A stretch of DNA of 32,000 bases. Origin: Puniceicoccales bacterium. GTDB lineage: Bacteria; Verrucomicrobiota; Verrucomicrobiia; Opitutales; JAIRLG01. Within the stretch, counting starts at the first letter, position 1, and each line of letters starts with the position of its first letter. Of this stretch, positions 18,150 to 26,791 are shown piece by piece. The position numbers and the translations under genes are program-made. The notes under the pieces were generated by a model. It ran no database searches and had not been told where the DNA came from. It saw only the letters and a list, made by a program, of their open reading frames with translations. Location of the stretch: contig JAITRB010000016.1 of assembly GCA_031288595.1 (NCBI GenBank), positions 60,001-92,000 of the forward strand, given 5' to 3'.

Positions 18150-19496
18150 ATGTTCGAGGCGATTGCGGATAAGATGAGCCGGGCCCTGAGGGCGATACGG
18201 GGCCTGCACAGGATTTCGGAGGCCAATGTCACGGATGCCCTGGCCCATGTGAAAACGGCTCTCCTGGGTGCCGATGTCCATTACAAGGTGGCGAAGGACT
18301 TCATCGCCCGCGTGCAGGAGAGGTGCTTGGGCCAGAAGGTCCTGCTGGGTGTGACGCCCGGGCAGCAGCTTATCCGCGAGATCCATGCGGAACTCGTCGC
18401 ACTGCTGGGAGGCGACGGGGCAGCGGACTTCTTCGGCCGCAGGCCGCTGAAGCTGGTTTTAGTAGGCCTTCACGGTTCCGGCAAGACGACGACGAGCGTC
18501 AAGTTGGCGGTCATGCTGCGGGAAAAGGCTTATCGTCCGGCTGTCATCGCCTGCGATGTCCATCGTCCCGCCGCCATCGACCAGCTGGAACAGCTGGCCC
18601 AGAAGGCGGATATCCCCTTCTATAGTCTCCGTGGGGAGACGGATGTGCTCTCGATAGCCGCTGCCGGTCTCTCCTGGGCAGAAGGCCAGGCAGCGGATGC
18701 CATTCTGTGGGATACCGCCGGTCGCCTGCAGATCGACGAGCCCCTGATCCAGGAGCTGAAGGATCTGCGTATGCGGGTCAAACCCCAGGAAATCCTGCTG
18801 GTGGCGGATGCTGCTCTGGGTCAGGAAGCAGTTAATGTCGCCCAGCATTTCCACAAAGCAGTCTCCTTGACGGGCATCATCCTGAGCAAGATGGACGGCG
18901 ATGCTCGGGGCGGAGCGGCCCTTTCCATGAAGTCAGTGGCGCAGGTGCCGATCCGCTTCATCGGAACTGGCGAGAAGGTTTCGGACCTGGAGATCTTTCA
19001 TGCCGAACGCGTTGCCCAGCGAATCCTGGGCATGGGAGACATCGTCTCGCTCGTCGAGAAGACCGAGGCCGTGATCGATCGGCAGGAATCCGAGAAGCTG
19101 GCGGAGAAGATCCGGCGTTCCAGCTTTAGTCTGGAAGATTTTCTGCAGCACCTGCGCCGATTCCAGACAACGGGATCGATCGGCTCGCTGTTGCAGTATT
19201 TCCCGAATTCACATCATCTTTCCTCCGAAGAGGCCGACCGGCGCTTCAAAAGACTGGAGGCCATGATCTCCTCCATGACTCCACAGGAACGGAGGCATCC
19301 GGAGATTCTCCATGGCCAGCGGCGCCTGCGCATCGCCAGGGGCTCCGGTACAAAACTGGCCGAGGTTAATTCTCTCCTGAAGCAGTTCCGCCAGATGCAG
19401 CAGATGATGAAGAGGACGAAAAGTGCCCAGGGTCGTCGGGAACTGCAACGGATGATGGCGCAGATGGACCTAGAGGAAGCTCCATCCTTGAGCTAG
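18150..19496 (+). CDS. ffh: Signal recognition particle protein Ffh
   Basis: MFEAIADKMSRALRAIRG...EANVTDALAHVKTALLGADV is the canonical Ffh N-terminus. The GTPase has GLHGSGKTTT, DTAGR and SKMDGDARGGAALS, and there is a Met-rich M domain. The ATG at 18150 is preceded by gaggaaagag. The track start at 18045 adds 35 implausible residues. Confidence 0.95.
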   Translation: MFEAIADKMSRALRAIRGLHRISEANVTDALAHVKTALLGADVHYKVAKDFIARVQERCLGQKVLLGVTPGQQLIREIHAELVALLGGDGAADFFGRRPLKLVLVGLHGSGKTTTSVKLAVMLREKAYRPAVIACDVHRPAAIDQLEQLAQKADIPFYSLRGETDVLSIAAAGLSWAEGQAADAILWDTAGRLQIDEPLIQELKDLRMRVKPQEILLVADAALGQEAVNVAQHFHKAVSLTGIILSKMDGDARGGAALSMKSVAQVPIRFIGTGEKVSDLEIFHAERVAQRILGMGDIVSLVEKTEAVIDRQESEKLAEKIRRSSFSLEDFLQHLRRFQTTGSIGSLLQYFPNSHHLSSEEADRRFKRLEAMISSMTPQERRHPEILHGQRRLRIARGSGTKLAEVNSLLKQFRQMQQMMKRTKSAQGRRELQRMMAQMDLEEAPSLS

Positions 19497-19705
19497 GAAT
19501 TGCAGTATGCGGAAAGAGTTCTGGCAGCTCGTGAGGAGCCGGCGATTTGTCCGCCTCGTGCTTGTCTCCTTTATCACGGCGAGTGCGATTTGCACCTAGT
19601 TCTTCGGCGAGATATCTTTTCATCGGTCCGCAGCAATGCTCATTCCTTTTAGAAGGAGCGTGTATTCGCTGAATGTCTTAAAAGTTGCGGAAGACCGTCG
19701 GAGAT

Positions 19706-21379
19706 TCATCCTTTTTCTCCTCGGGCCCTCGATGCTGCCCGCTTGTACTGACGGCGGAAGCTGTTACTCAAATCCATCTGGCAACGGTTGGCAAATAGGG
19801 GATCCTTGTGGTGGGCGATTTCGGCGAAGGAACTGCAGACAGTGCCGTAGGCCATCGGCCGCATGTCGGAAAAAATCTCCAGCGCTTCAGCCGCGTCTTT
19901 GGTTCGACCCTCGTCCTGTGCGCAGATGATTTGTTCCCAGGCCTCGCTCAGCTCGTCCGCCACATCGAGAAAAATCGTCTTGATGACCGCGCCGAGAAGA
20001 TTGTGTACCGGCCGCGTCCACTCCGGGCGGTAGACAAAGGCATCGGCCGATTCGTAGGGATTTTCATAGCCCTCCAGGCGCAGCGGGCGGTACTCGTCCC
20101 CGTAAACCGTCTTGAGAATGGGCGTTCGGCACAGGGGGGCCCAGATAGGCCCCCCGGGCACTCCCGGTTTAAAGGCCAGCAGTTGCTGACCCGCTAAGGA
20201 GAGGATGTACTCCATGAATGCCCGGGCATGTGGCGGATGCTGAGCGCCGCGGAAGAGCGAGATCGGGTCCGGCGAAGGCGAGCCCCCGCCCCGGGGCAGC
20301 ACCGAGGCGAAGCGCCGTACGCCGTCCCGTTCCTGGATATTCGCCTGCTGGGCCCTGCTGTAAAAGTCAACGGCAATCCCGACTGGGCAGTTGCCGGCGG
20401 CGACATCGGTGACCGTTTTGCCGGAAGAATCGGTGAAGTAGCGCCCATTGGCGATGATCTTCTGCAGCAGCTGGAGGCCTCGGATCCAACCCTGCTCTAT
20501 CGCCTGTCGCTCCAATGCCTGGACCGCCGAGGTATTAGCGCATTCCCTCTGTCGCTCTCGCAGCGCTTCCTGCATCTGCTGCTGGATGAGCATTTCGAAG
20601 GACTTCAGGGTCGAGGAACTTTTGGACGGATCTACGATGGCGATGCCCCTGAAAAATTTCGGATTCGCCAAGTCTGTCCAGCGCTGGGGGAGATGTTCGA
20701 TCCCCAGTTCTCTCAGAGCATCTTCGTTGTAGATGATCTCAAAGGTGGTGAGACTGCCGCCGTACCAGAGACCCTCCTCGTCGTAGAGCCGCTCGCCGGC
20801 GAAAATGGAGGGAATCTGATCCTCCGCGAAAAGCTCCGGATCTTCCTCCTTCAGTCGGCTGGCCACGATATAGCCCTTTCGGCCATTCAGCTCATGCTCG
20901 AAGATCCCGCCGCCGAAGAAGAGGTCGACCCCGCATCCAACCTGGGAATTCAGGAAGGCATCCCGGACTTCCCTTTCCAAGGGCGAGGACTGGGGACCGA
21001 TTTCTTCCAGGCGCAGAAAGATGCCTCGGATTTCCTGGTTCCAACGGCGGCCGAGCCCTTCCCAGTGGAGGCGAAAGTGATTGAGAAACATGGAATCGAC
21101 GTAGCGGGCGACGTCGCGACCGCCCCCCGGATGCCGCCAATCGATGACGACTTTCCTGCCCGTCTTCTGGCGGTACCAGTCCTGAAACCCGTGACTGTAC
21201 TCCCGTCGCAGCGCCTCGTTATGGGCCGTGATGATGACCAGGACATCTTCACTGTTCGTCGGGACGAGGGAGTCGGAGGGGGAGCGGAAGAGAAAGGGAA
21301 TGGCGATGACCAGGACGATGAAGGCGAGGATCACGAGGAGCTTTGCCCTGGAACTTGACTCGGATTGGGGGTTTAGCAT
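19706..21379 (-). CDS. Membrane-anchored ABC-transporter solute-binding protein (family 1-like, iron/polyamine type), 557 aa
   Basis: A single N-terminal TM helix (KLLVILAFIVLVIAIPFLF) is followed by VLVIITAHNEALRREY...GRKVVIDWRHPGGG, which is typical of periplasmic binding proteins. It lies immediately downstream of an importer-type ATPase. The family call is made from memory only. Confidence 0.65.
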   Translation of the reverse strand: MLNPQSESSSRAKLLVILAFIVLVIAIPFLFRSPSDSLVPTNSEDVLVIITAHNEALRREYSHGFQDWYRQKTGRKVVIDWRHPGGGRDVARYVDSMFLNHFRLHWEGLGRRWNQEIRGIFLRLEEIGPQSSPLEREVRDAFLNSQVGCGVDLFFGGGIFEHELNGRKGYIVASRLKEEDPELFAEDQIPSIFAGERLYDEEGLWYGGSLTTFEIIYNEDALRELGIEHLPQRWTDLANPKFFRGIAIVDPSKSSSTLKSFEMLIQQQMQEALRERQRECANTSAVQALERQAIEQGWIRGLQLLQKIIANGRYFTDSSGKTVTDVAAGNCPVGIAVDFYSRAQQANIQERDGVRRFASVLPRGGGSPSPDPISLFRGAQHPPHARAFMEYILSLAGQQLLAFKPGVPGGPIWAPLCRTPILKTVYGDEYRPLRLEGYENPYESADAFVYRPEWTRPVHNLLGAVIKTIFLDVADELSEAWEQIICAQDEGRTKDAAEALEIFSDMRPMAYGTVCSSFAEIAHHKDPLFANRCQMDLSNSFRRQYKRAASRARGEKG

Positions 21380-21409
21380 AAGACCCGAAATGGGCGGAAT
21401 GCAGAGCCC

Positions 21410-22480
21410 TTAGTCCGAGAGAATGACGACGTCTTCCGGCGAAGCATAGGCGTAGACCATCTTTTGCTGAAAGGACTCGAAGTGCTGGGGATTCAGCTCG
21501 GAGATTTTGAGGGAAATGCCATTCTTCTCGAACTGGTAGTGGGCAATTTCACCGAAATAGGTGGCCGTCTCGATGTGCCCCTCGATGCAGTTGTCCTCCG
21601 AGGGATAAAGGTCCAGTCGCAGCACTTCCGGTCGGATGGAGACCTGAATTTTCGTACCTGCTGTGGGCACCCGGTCCCGATTGGATAGGACACCGCTAAA
21701 GCTCCCGACCTGTGTCCTCACCATGATTCCCTCCGCATGGCTGCGCAGAACGACTCCCTCCAGGAGGTTGGTCTCGCCTATGAAATTCGCCACAAAGGTA
21801 TTTTTCGGCCGCCGGTAGAGCTCCATCGGCGTGCCCACCTGTTCCACCTTCCCCTTCGACAGCACGGCGATGCGATCGGCGATGGAAAGCGCTTCCTTCT
21901 GGTCATGGGTCACGTAAATCGTCGTCAGTCCGTTCTCCTTGCAGATTTTCCGTATCTCGACCCGCATCTCATTGCGCAACTGGGCATCGAGGTTGGAGAG
22001 CGGTTCGTCCAGGAGTAGGCAGTTCGGCCGCACGACCAGCGCCCGAGCTAAGGCTACTCGCTGCTGCTGGCCACCGGAAAGCTCATTGGGTCTCCGCCTG
22101 GCGTAGTCCTTCATCTGGACTATCTCCAGAGCTTCCCCCGTCTTTTTTTCCACCTCATCCCTGGGGAGCTTTTGCTGCTCCAGGCCAAAGGCGACATTCT
22201 GGGCTACCGTCATGTGCGGCCAGAGGGCATAGCTCTGGAAGACCATACCCGTTCCCCGCTTATGGGGAAGAAGGCGGGTGACATCTCGTTCGCCGAAACA
22301 GATGCGCCCCCCATCCGGTAGGCAGAATCCCGCAATACTGCGCAGGAGCGTCGTCTTCCCGCAGCCGCTGGGGCCAAGCAGGAAGAACAGCTCACCCGAG
22401 TGGATGGAGAGCCCGATATGGTCCAGTGCAAGCACGTCCTGGAATCGCTTGAGCAGTTTCCGAATCCTTATTTCAACCAT
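21410..22480 (-). CDS. ABC importer ATP-binding protein (PotA/FbpC/CysA-like, with a C-terminal TOBE-like domain)
   Basis: Walker A GPSGCGKTT, Q-loop, signature LSGGQQQRVALARAL, Walker B LLLDEPLSNLD and H-loop YVTHDQ. The C-terminus has an ANFIGETNLLEG regulatory/OB segment. Confidence 0.9.
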   Translation of the reverse strand: MVEIRIRKLLKRFQDVLALDHIGLSIHSGELFFLLGPSGCGKTTLLRSIAGFCLPDGGRICFGERDVTRLLPHKRGTGMVFQSYALWPHMTVAQNVAFGLEQQKLPRDEVEKKTGEALEIVQMKDYARRRPNELSGGQQQRVALARALVVRPNCLLLDEPLSNLDAQLRNEMRVEIRKICKENGLTTIYVTHDQKEALSIADRIAVLSKGKVEQVGTPMELYRRPKNTFVANFIGETNLLEGVVLRSHAEGIMVRTQVGSFSGVLSNRDRVPTAGTKIQVSIRPEVLRLDLYPSEDNCIEGHIETATYFGEIAHYQFEKNGISLKISELNPQHFESFQQKMVYAYASPEDVVILSD

Positions 22481-22531
22481 GGGAAATTCGCGGGTGCCGG
22501 TGTGGACGATGAAGGCGTCTCGTCAAAACTG

Positions 22532-23269
22532 TCAAAGGCTATTTTGTCTCACATACTTGGAACAGAAGCTGGCCAGGTGTTGGCCGAGCTGCTCCGTGGC
22601 TTTCTCCAGGGCGCTTACAAGCTCTTCCCACGCAGTTTCCTGTTTCGAAGCGATATCCACCTTTTCATCCAGGGCGAAGGAATAGCTGCATTCTGGGGTC
22701 AGGCGGATGCGAGAAGCCCTGTCCTTCCCTTTCAGGCCCATCGATACTTCTCCCCGAGTGACGACCCTCTGCTGTGCTAAATCCAACTTCAGCTCTTCGA
22801 GGGACAGTTTTACTCTGAGCGTCTGGGAGAGGATGGGGGATTCTTGTCCCTCGCCCTTGCCTGAATCCGCTACAACGGGATCGGCAAGTGTCTGTCGGTA
22901 TGCTTCCGCCACGGCCCTCCGGAGCTGGGGTCGGACGATACGGGCGATTCCTTCCTCGACCGGTTCGGCCCAGCGATGGAATTCGTCGAATTCCATCTCA
23001 TGTCCAGAACGCTGCCGCATGAGCTGAGGTTTTCGGAGATAGTTGGGCAGGGAAATGACCTGAAAATCGACCGCGATGGCCTCGGCTTTCAAAGCTGGGG
23101 AATCCTCCTGTCCCTGAACTTCTTCCTGGGATTTTTCCGGATAGTGGGCGATGCCGAGGGCGTAGAATTGCGACCTATCCCGAACAGGAGTTACGAGGCA
23201 GCCGGAGAGGAGGGTGGAGAGGAGGCCCAAGAGGCCGAGGCGCGGCGAGAGGCTGTTAAAGGGCTTCAT
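22532..23269 (-). CDS. Lipoprotein, ABC-type transport auxiliary component (PqiC/YmbA-like)
   Basis: Lipobox LLSTLLSGC, followed by RSQFYALG as in the DUF330/PqiC family. It lies directly downstream of an MCE gene, with a 30-nt gap. Confidence 0.55.
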   Translation of the reverse strand: MKPFNSLSPRLGLLGLLSTLLSGCLVTPVRDRSQFYALGIAHYPEKSQEEVQGQEDSPALKAEAIAVDFQVISLPNYLRKPQLMRQRSGHEMEFDEFHRWAEPVEEGIARIVRPQLRRAVAEAYRQTLADPVVADSGKGEGQESPILSQTLRVKLSLEELKLDLAQQRVVTRGEVSMGLKGKDRASRIRLTPECSYSFALDEKVDIASKQETAWEELVSALEKATEQLGQHLASFCSKYVRQNSL

Positions 23270-23299
23270 GACGAAAAGTTTCTAGGACTGTTAAAATTT

Positions 23300-24334
23300 C
23301 TAGGGCTGTTTCCCTGCCAAAATGGCATTGGGATTGCGCTCGAAGTAGTCGATGAGAGACTGCAGCTGGCAGATCATGTCGGAGACATGCTTTAGGGTGC
23401 GGACGAATTCCCGCTGCAGGGGCATGTCTTCGTCGCAGAGGGAGGCAACACCGCTTCGAATTTCTTCTATCAGGCCGAAAATCTGTGCCGCGATCCGCCG
23501 GAAATCGTCCTTCAGCTCCGGAAAGAGGGCATTCAGCATCTTGAAAGCCTGGGAGCTCTGGACAAAGGTATCTCGCAGGGCAACCAGTCCTTGCTGCAGC
23601 GCCTCCGAGCGGACGAGCTCGGTGGCAGAACGGGAAAATTCGCGGAAGGATTGCGCCATCTGCGTGATCGCCTCCATGTCCGTCCCCTGAATTTTCTCGT
23701 CGAGGTGCTGGATACAGTCCTCTACGTGCTCCAGCAAGAGCGGTAGGTTGATGTGGGATACCTGGCGCAGGAAGCGGTCGATGTCGGAGTAGACCGTGGG
23801 GATTTGCGGCCATTTTTTCTCGCCGCTGGCCTGAGGAATTGGGATCAGCTGGCGGACACGCTGACTGTCGTAGTAGTCCAGTTCGATAAAAAGCTTGCCC
23901 GTCAGAAAGCTCTCCGTGCCCAGCTTGGCCGACAGACCCTTGGCGATTTGTTCCTGATAGAAATGGATCGTCTGGGCTGTGGAAGCTTTGGCTACCAGCA
24001 CGCCGTCGTGCGGGTGATGCGCCTCGTGGGCCTCGCCATAGTCCAGGAAGTCGGAATCTATCTTGATGGTGATGGGGGTTTTGACCGTCGATTGCTCCGC
24101 ATCGTAGCTGATGGAGATCTTTTCGACGGAACCGATGCGGACCCCGCGGAATTTTACGGGGGCACCGACCTCCAGCCCGTTGAGAGAGGTGTCGAAGCAG
24201 AGGACGAGGAAGGAATCATCTCCGCTGCTCCTCAATCCCGTCGACAGAAAGACCAAGGCTCCCAGGAAGAGACCGAGCGCCAGCAGAAAGAAAAAGCCGA
24301 TCAGGGCGGCGGTGGAGGCTCGGGCGTGACTCAT
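23300..24334 (-). CDS. mlaD: MCE-domain protein (MlaD/PqiB family) with a long C-terminal helical region
   Basis: One N-terminal TM helix (ALIGFFFLLALGLFLGALVFL). The MCE core is LNGLEVGAPVKFRGVRIGSVEKISISYD. The C-terminus reads ERNPNAILAGKQP. Its start overlaps the mlaF stop in ATGA (24331-24334). Confidence 0.8.
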   Translation of the reverse strand: MSHARASTAALIGFFFLLALGLFLGALVFLSTGLRSSGDDSFLVLCFDTSLNGLEVGAPVKFRGVRIGSVEKISISYDAEQSTVKTPITIKIDSDFLDYGEAHEAHHPHDGVLVAKASTAQTIHFYQEQIAKGLSAKLGTESFLTGKLFIELDYYDSQRVRQLIPIPQASGEKKWPQIPTVYSDIDRFLRQVSHINLPLLLEHVEDCIQHLDEKIQGTDMEAITQMAQSFREFSRSATELVRSEALQQGLVALRDTFVQSSQAFKMLNALFPELKDDFRRIAAQIFGLIEEIRSGVASLCDEDMPLQREFVRTLKHVSDMICQLQSLIDYFERNPNAILAGKQP

Positions 24335-25152
24335 CTCTGGTGAATAGGGGCGCCATCAGAGTGAAAACGCAGGAATTGGCGAATTTTTTCTTGCGGGGCG
24401 TGCTCGCGCAGCTCACGGGCGGGCCCATCGGCCAGAACGGACTGTGTCTCGGCATCCAGAAAGAGCACGCGGCCGTTGATCTTGAAAATGCTCTCCAGAT
24501 CATGGGTTACGATGACGAGGGTTGTCCCGAAGCTCCGGTTGACATTGAGGATCAGCTCATCGAGGTGGCGGGCGCTGATGGGGTCGAGGCCAGCCGAGGG
24601 CTCGTCGAAGAAAAGGATGCGGGGGTCGAGGGCCATCGCCCGAGCCAGTCCGGCCAATTTGCGCATGCCGCCCGAGATTTCCGATGGATAGAGGTGCTGG
24701 CTCTTCTCCAGACCCACTAGGGCGAGCTTCAGGGAGACGATGTCGGCGATGGTGTCCGGAGGGAGGGAAGTGTGCCTTTGGAGAGGCAGAGCCACGTTTT
24801 CGGCCAGGCTCATGTCGCTCCACAGGGCGCCGCCCTGGAAGAGAACACCGAACTGCTGGACCATTTGCTCGTGCTGAGGCCCATCGGCCAAGGCGAAGTC
24901 AATGCCCTGGTAGAAAATATGCCCCGCTTCGCTCGGCAGAAGCCCGATCAGATAGCGCAGCAACGTGCTTTTCCCGCAACCGCTTCCGCCGATGATGAGG
25001 CAGATTTCTCCGGCCTGCAGCTCGAAGGAGATGTGGCGCATGACGACGCGTTCCCCGTAGCGGGTCTCCAGGTCTTTCACCTGCAGAAAGGGAAGCGTGT
25101 GTGCTGGAGTTCTCTCTTCCGCCTTGGACATGCGGTGGCCCAGTGAGGACAA
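24331..25152 (-). CDS. mlaF: ABC transporter ATP-binding protein, MlaF-like
   Basis: Walker A GGSGCGKST, signature ISGGMRKLAGLARAMALDP and Walker B ILFFDEPSAGLDP. It is coupled to the MCE gene. Confidence 0.85.
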   Translation of the reverse strand: MSSLGHRMSKAEERTPAHTLPFLQVKDLETRYGERVVMRHISFELQAGEICLIIGGSGCGKSTLLRYLIGLLPSEAGHIFYQGIDFALADGPQHEQMVQQFGVLFQGGALWSDMSLAENVALPLQRHTSLPPDTIADIVSLKLALVGLEKSQHLYPSEISGGMRKLAGLARAMALDPRILFFDEPSAGLDPISARHLDELILNVNRSFGTTLVIVTHDLESIFKINGRVLFLDAETQSVLADGPARELREHAPQEKIRQFLRFHSDGAPIHQR

Positions 25153-25223
25153 AAAAGCTCTGATTTCAAACCAAAGCTTTTAGGAGATGAGCCGGTATCC
25201 GAGTTCCGATGGAGGAGATCTCG

Positions 25224-25323
25224 GGGCTTGGCTGTCTTTGGATCCCAAAGGGATCGGCCCGCGAAGCGGGCCGCAATAGGGGAAAGGAAAGGCCTTTCCC
25301 CTATTGCAAAGACAGCCAAGCCC
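25224..25323 (-). repeat. Four-way-junction intergenic repeat, copy G (inverted orientation)
   Basis: Outer stem: gggcttggctgtctttg (25224-25240) / caaagacagccaagccc (25307-25323), 17 bp. Short arm: gatccc-aaa-gggatc (25241-25255). GC arm: ggcccgc-gaa-gcgggcc (25256-25272). Long arm: caataggggaaagg/cctttcccctattg (25274-25287/25293-25306). Confidence 0.85.
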
Positions 25324-25443
25324 TACACCATTCCCGCGATGACAGCCTCAAGCTGGTGGCTTCAGGCTTGTTCCCTCTTTGCCAAGAGAGGGAGACCCTC
25401 TAGGGCCTTACCGGAATGTGCAGAAATTTCCAGGGGCCGATTT

Positions 25444-26784
25444 TCACCCGACGATTTTTCCCAAGAGCACCGCGGGACTAGCGGATTCGATGCGCACGGA
25501 GATGAACTGTCCGATGAGCTCCTCGTGACCGTCGAAGATGATCTTATGGAAGCCAGGATTACGGCCCCAGAAGCGACCTTCTCCGCGGTGAGCCCTGCCT
25601 TCGACCAGCACCGATTGGGTCGTTCCGACAAGCTGTCGCTTGTGCCGCAGCGAATGCTTTTCAAGCGCTCGGAGGAGAATCTGCTGGCGCTTGGCCTTGG
25701 TCTCTTCGGGAATTTGTTCCGGACTCAGGGCAGCCGCAGTGCCGCTCCGCGGGCTATAGCGGAAGATAAAGGCCATATCGAAGGAGATTTTTTCGAAAAA
25801 ATCGAGCGTTTCGCCAAAATCCTCCTCGCTCTCGCCCGGAAAGCCGACGATGAGGTCGGTCGACAGGGCTAGGTCCGGTACCTTCTCCTGCAGCCGGGAA
25901 ACGAGCTGCTGGAACTGCTCGCGGGTGTAGAGCCGTCCCATGGCCTTCAGGATGCGGTCGGAGGCACTCTGGAGCGGCAGATGGACGTGAGGACAGAGCT
26001 TGGAGAGGCGCCCGAAGCAGGCGATGAGGTCATGGCCGAAGTCCTTAGGGTGGGAGGATAGAAAACGGATGCGCTGGAGTCCGTCGAGGGACTGGAGCTT
26101 TTCCAGCAGTTGGACGAAGGGACTTTGGCCGTCGATGACCGGAAGAACGCCGTAGCCGTAGCGATTGACGATTTGGCCCAGCAGCGTGACCTCTTGGATC
26201 CCGTGAGAGAGGAGCTGTCGGATTTCGTCCAAAATTGCCTCCATGGGCCGGTGGCGCTCGCGGCCACGGGTTTGAGGAACGATGCAGTAGCGGCAGCGCA
26301 GGTTACAGCCCTGCATAATCGACACGAAGGCGGAGGCCTGCCTGGGCTTCAGCTCATGAGGAAAATTTTGACCGGATAGGCTTTCTTCTCTTCCGACATC
26401 GACGAGGGGCGTCGAAGGTTTATCCCCTGGATTGCCGAAGTATCGGTCGAGGTAATCCGCGACCTGGGACAGTTTCTCAGTCCCGAGGATGAAATCGATT
26501 TCAGGCCTCTGCCGGAGCAACTCCGATCCCAGGCGTTGGGCCATGCAACCGAGAATGCCCAGAACTGTGCCGCGCCGCCTCTTCTGCGCCCGGAGAAGGC
26601 CTAATTTCCCCAGCGCTTTGGCCTCCGCCTGTTCCCGCACGCTGCAGGTGTTGAGGAGAATGACATCGGCCCCGGAGGCGTCTTCGGTGAGGGCATAGCC
26701 GCGGGACTGGAGCAGGGCGCGCAGCGCCTCGCTGTCGCGCTCGTTGGTCTGGCAACCGTAGGTCCTGACGAAAACCCGCTTCAT
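25444..26784 (-). CDS. miaB: tRNA-i6A37 methylthiotransferase MiaB (radical SAM)
   Basis: UPF0004 domain VFVRTYGCQTNERDSE...NTCSVRE, radical-SAM cluster motif CNLRCRYC and a C-terminal TRAM domain. The start is placed at the ATG at 26784 (MKRVFVRTYGCQ), 7 nt after the lysS stop. The track start at 26838 would overlap lysS by 47 nt. Confidence 0.9.
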   Translation of the reverse strand: MKRVFVRTYGCQTNERDSEALRALLQSRGYALTEDASGADVILLNTCSVREQAEAKALGKLGLLRAQKRRRGTVLGILGCMAQRLGSELLRQRPEIDFILGTEKLSQVADYLDRYFGNPGDKPSTPLVDVGREESLSGQNFPHELKPRQASAFVSIMQGCNLRCRYCIVPQTRGRERHRPMEAILDEIRQLLSHGIQEVTLLGQIVNRYGYGVLPVIDGQSPFVQLLEKLQSLDGLQRIRFLSSHPKDFGHDLIACFGRLSKLCPHVHLPLQSASDRILKAMGRLYTREQFQQLVSRLQEKVPDLALSTDLIVGFPGESEEDFGETLDFFEKISFDMAFIFRYSPRSGTAAALSPEQIPEETKAKRQQILLRALEKHSLRHKRQLVGTTQSVLVEGRAHRGEGRFWGRNPGFHKIIFDGHEELIGQFISVRIESASPAVLLGKIVG

Positions 26785-26791
26785 GGGTAGT

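Noticed and set aside
20228-21358. 376-aa plus-strand ORF
   Set aside because: It is antisense to the solute-binding protein gene. It has a low-complexity composition and no recognisable motifs.
25786-25803. Perfect 18-bp palindrome gattttttcgaaaaaatc, and similar A/T-centred near-palindromes (141-164 in hppA, GGAAATTTCC-like strings in many genes)
   Set aside because: These lie inside well-supported coding sequence and are explained by codon strings such as GAT TTT TTC GAA AAA ATC (DFFEKI in MiaB). I could not show enrichment without counting genome-wide.
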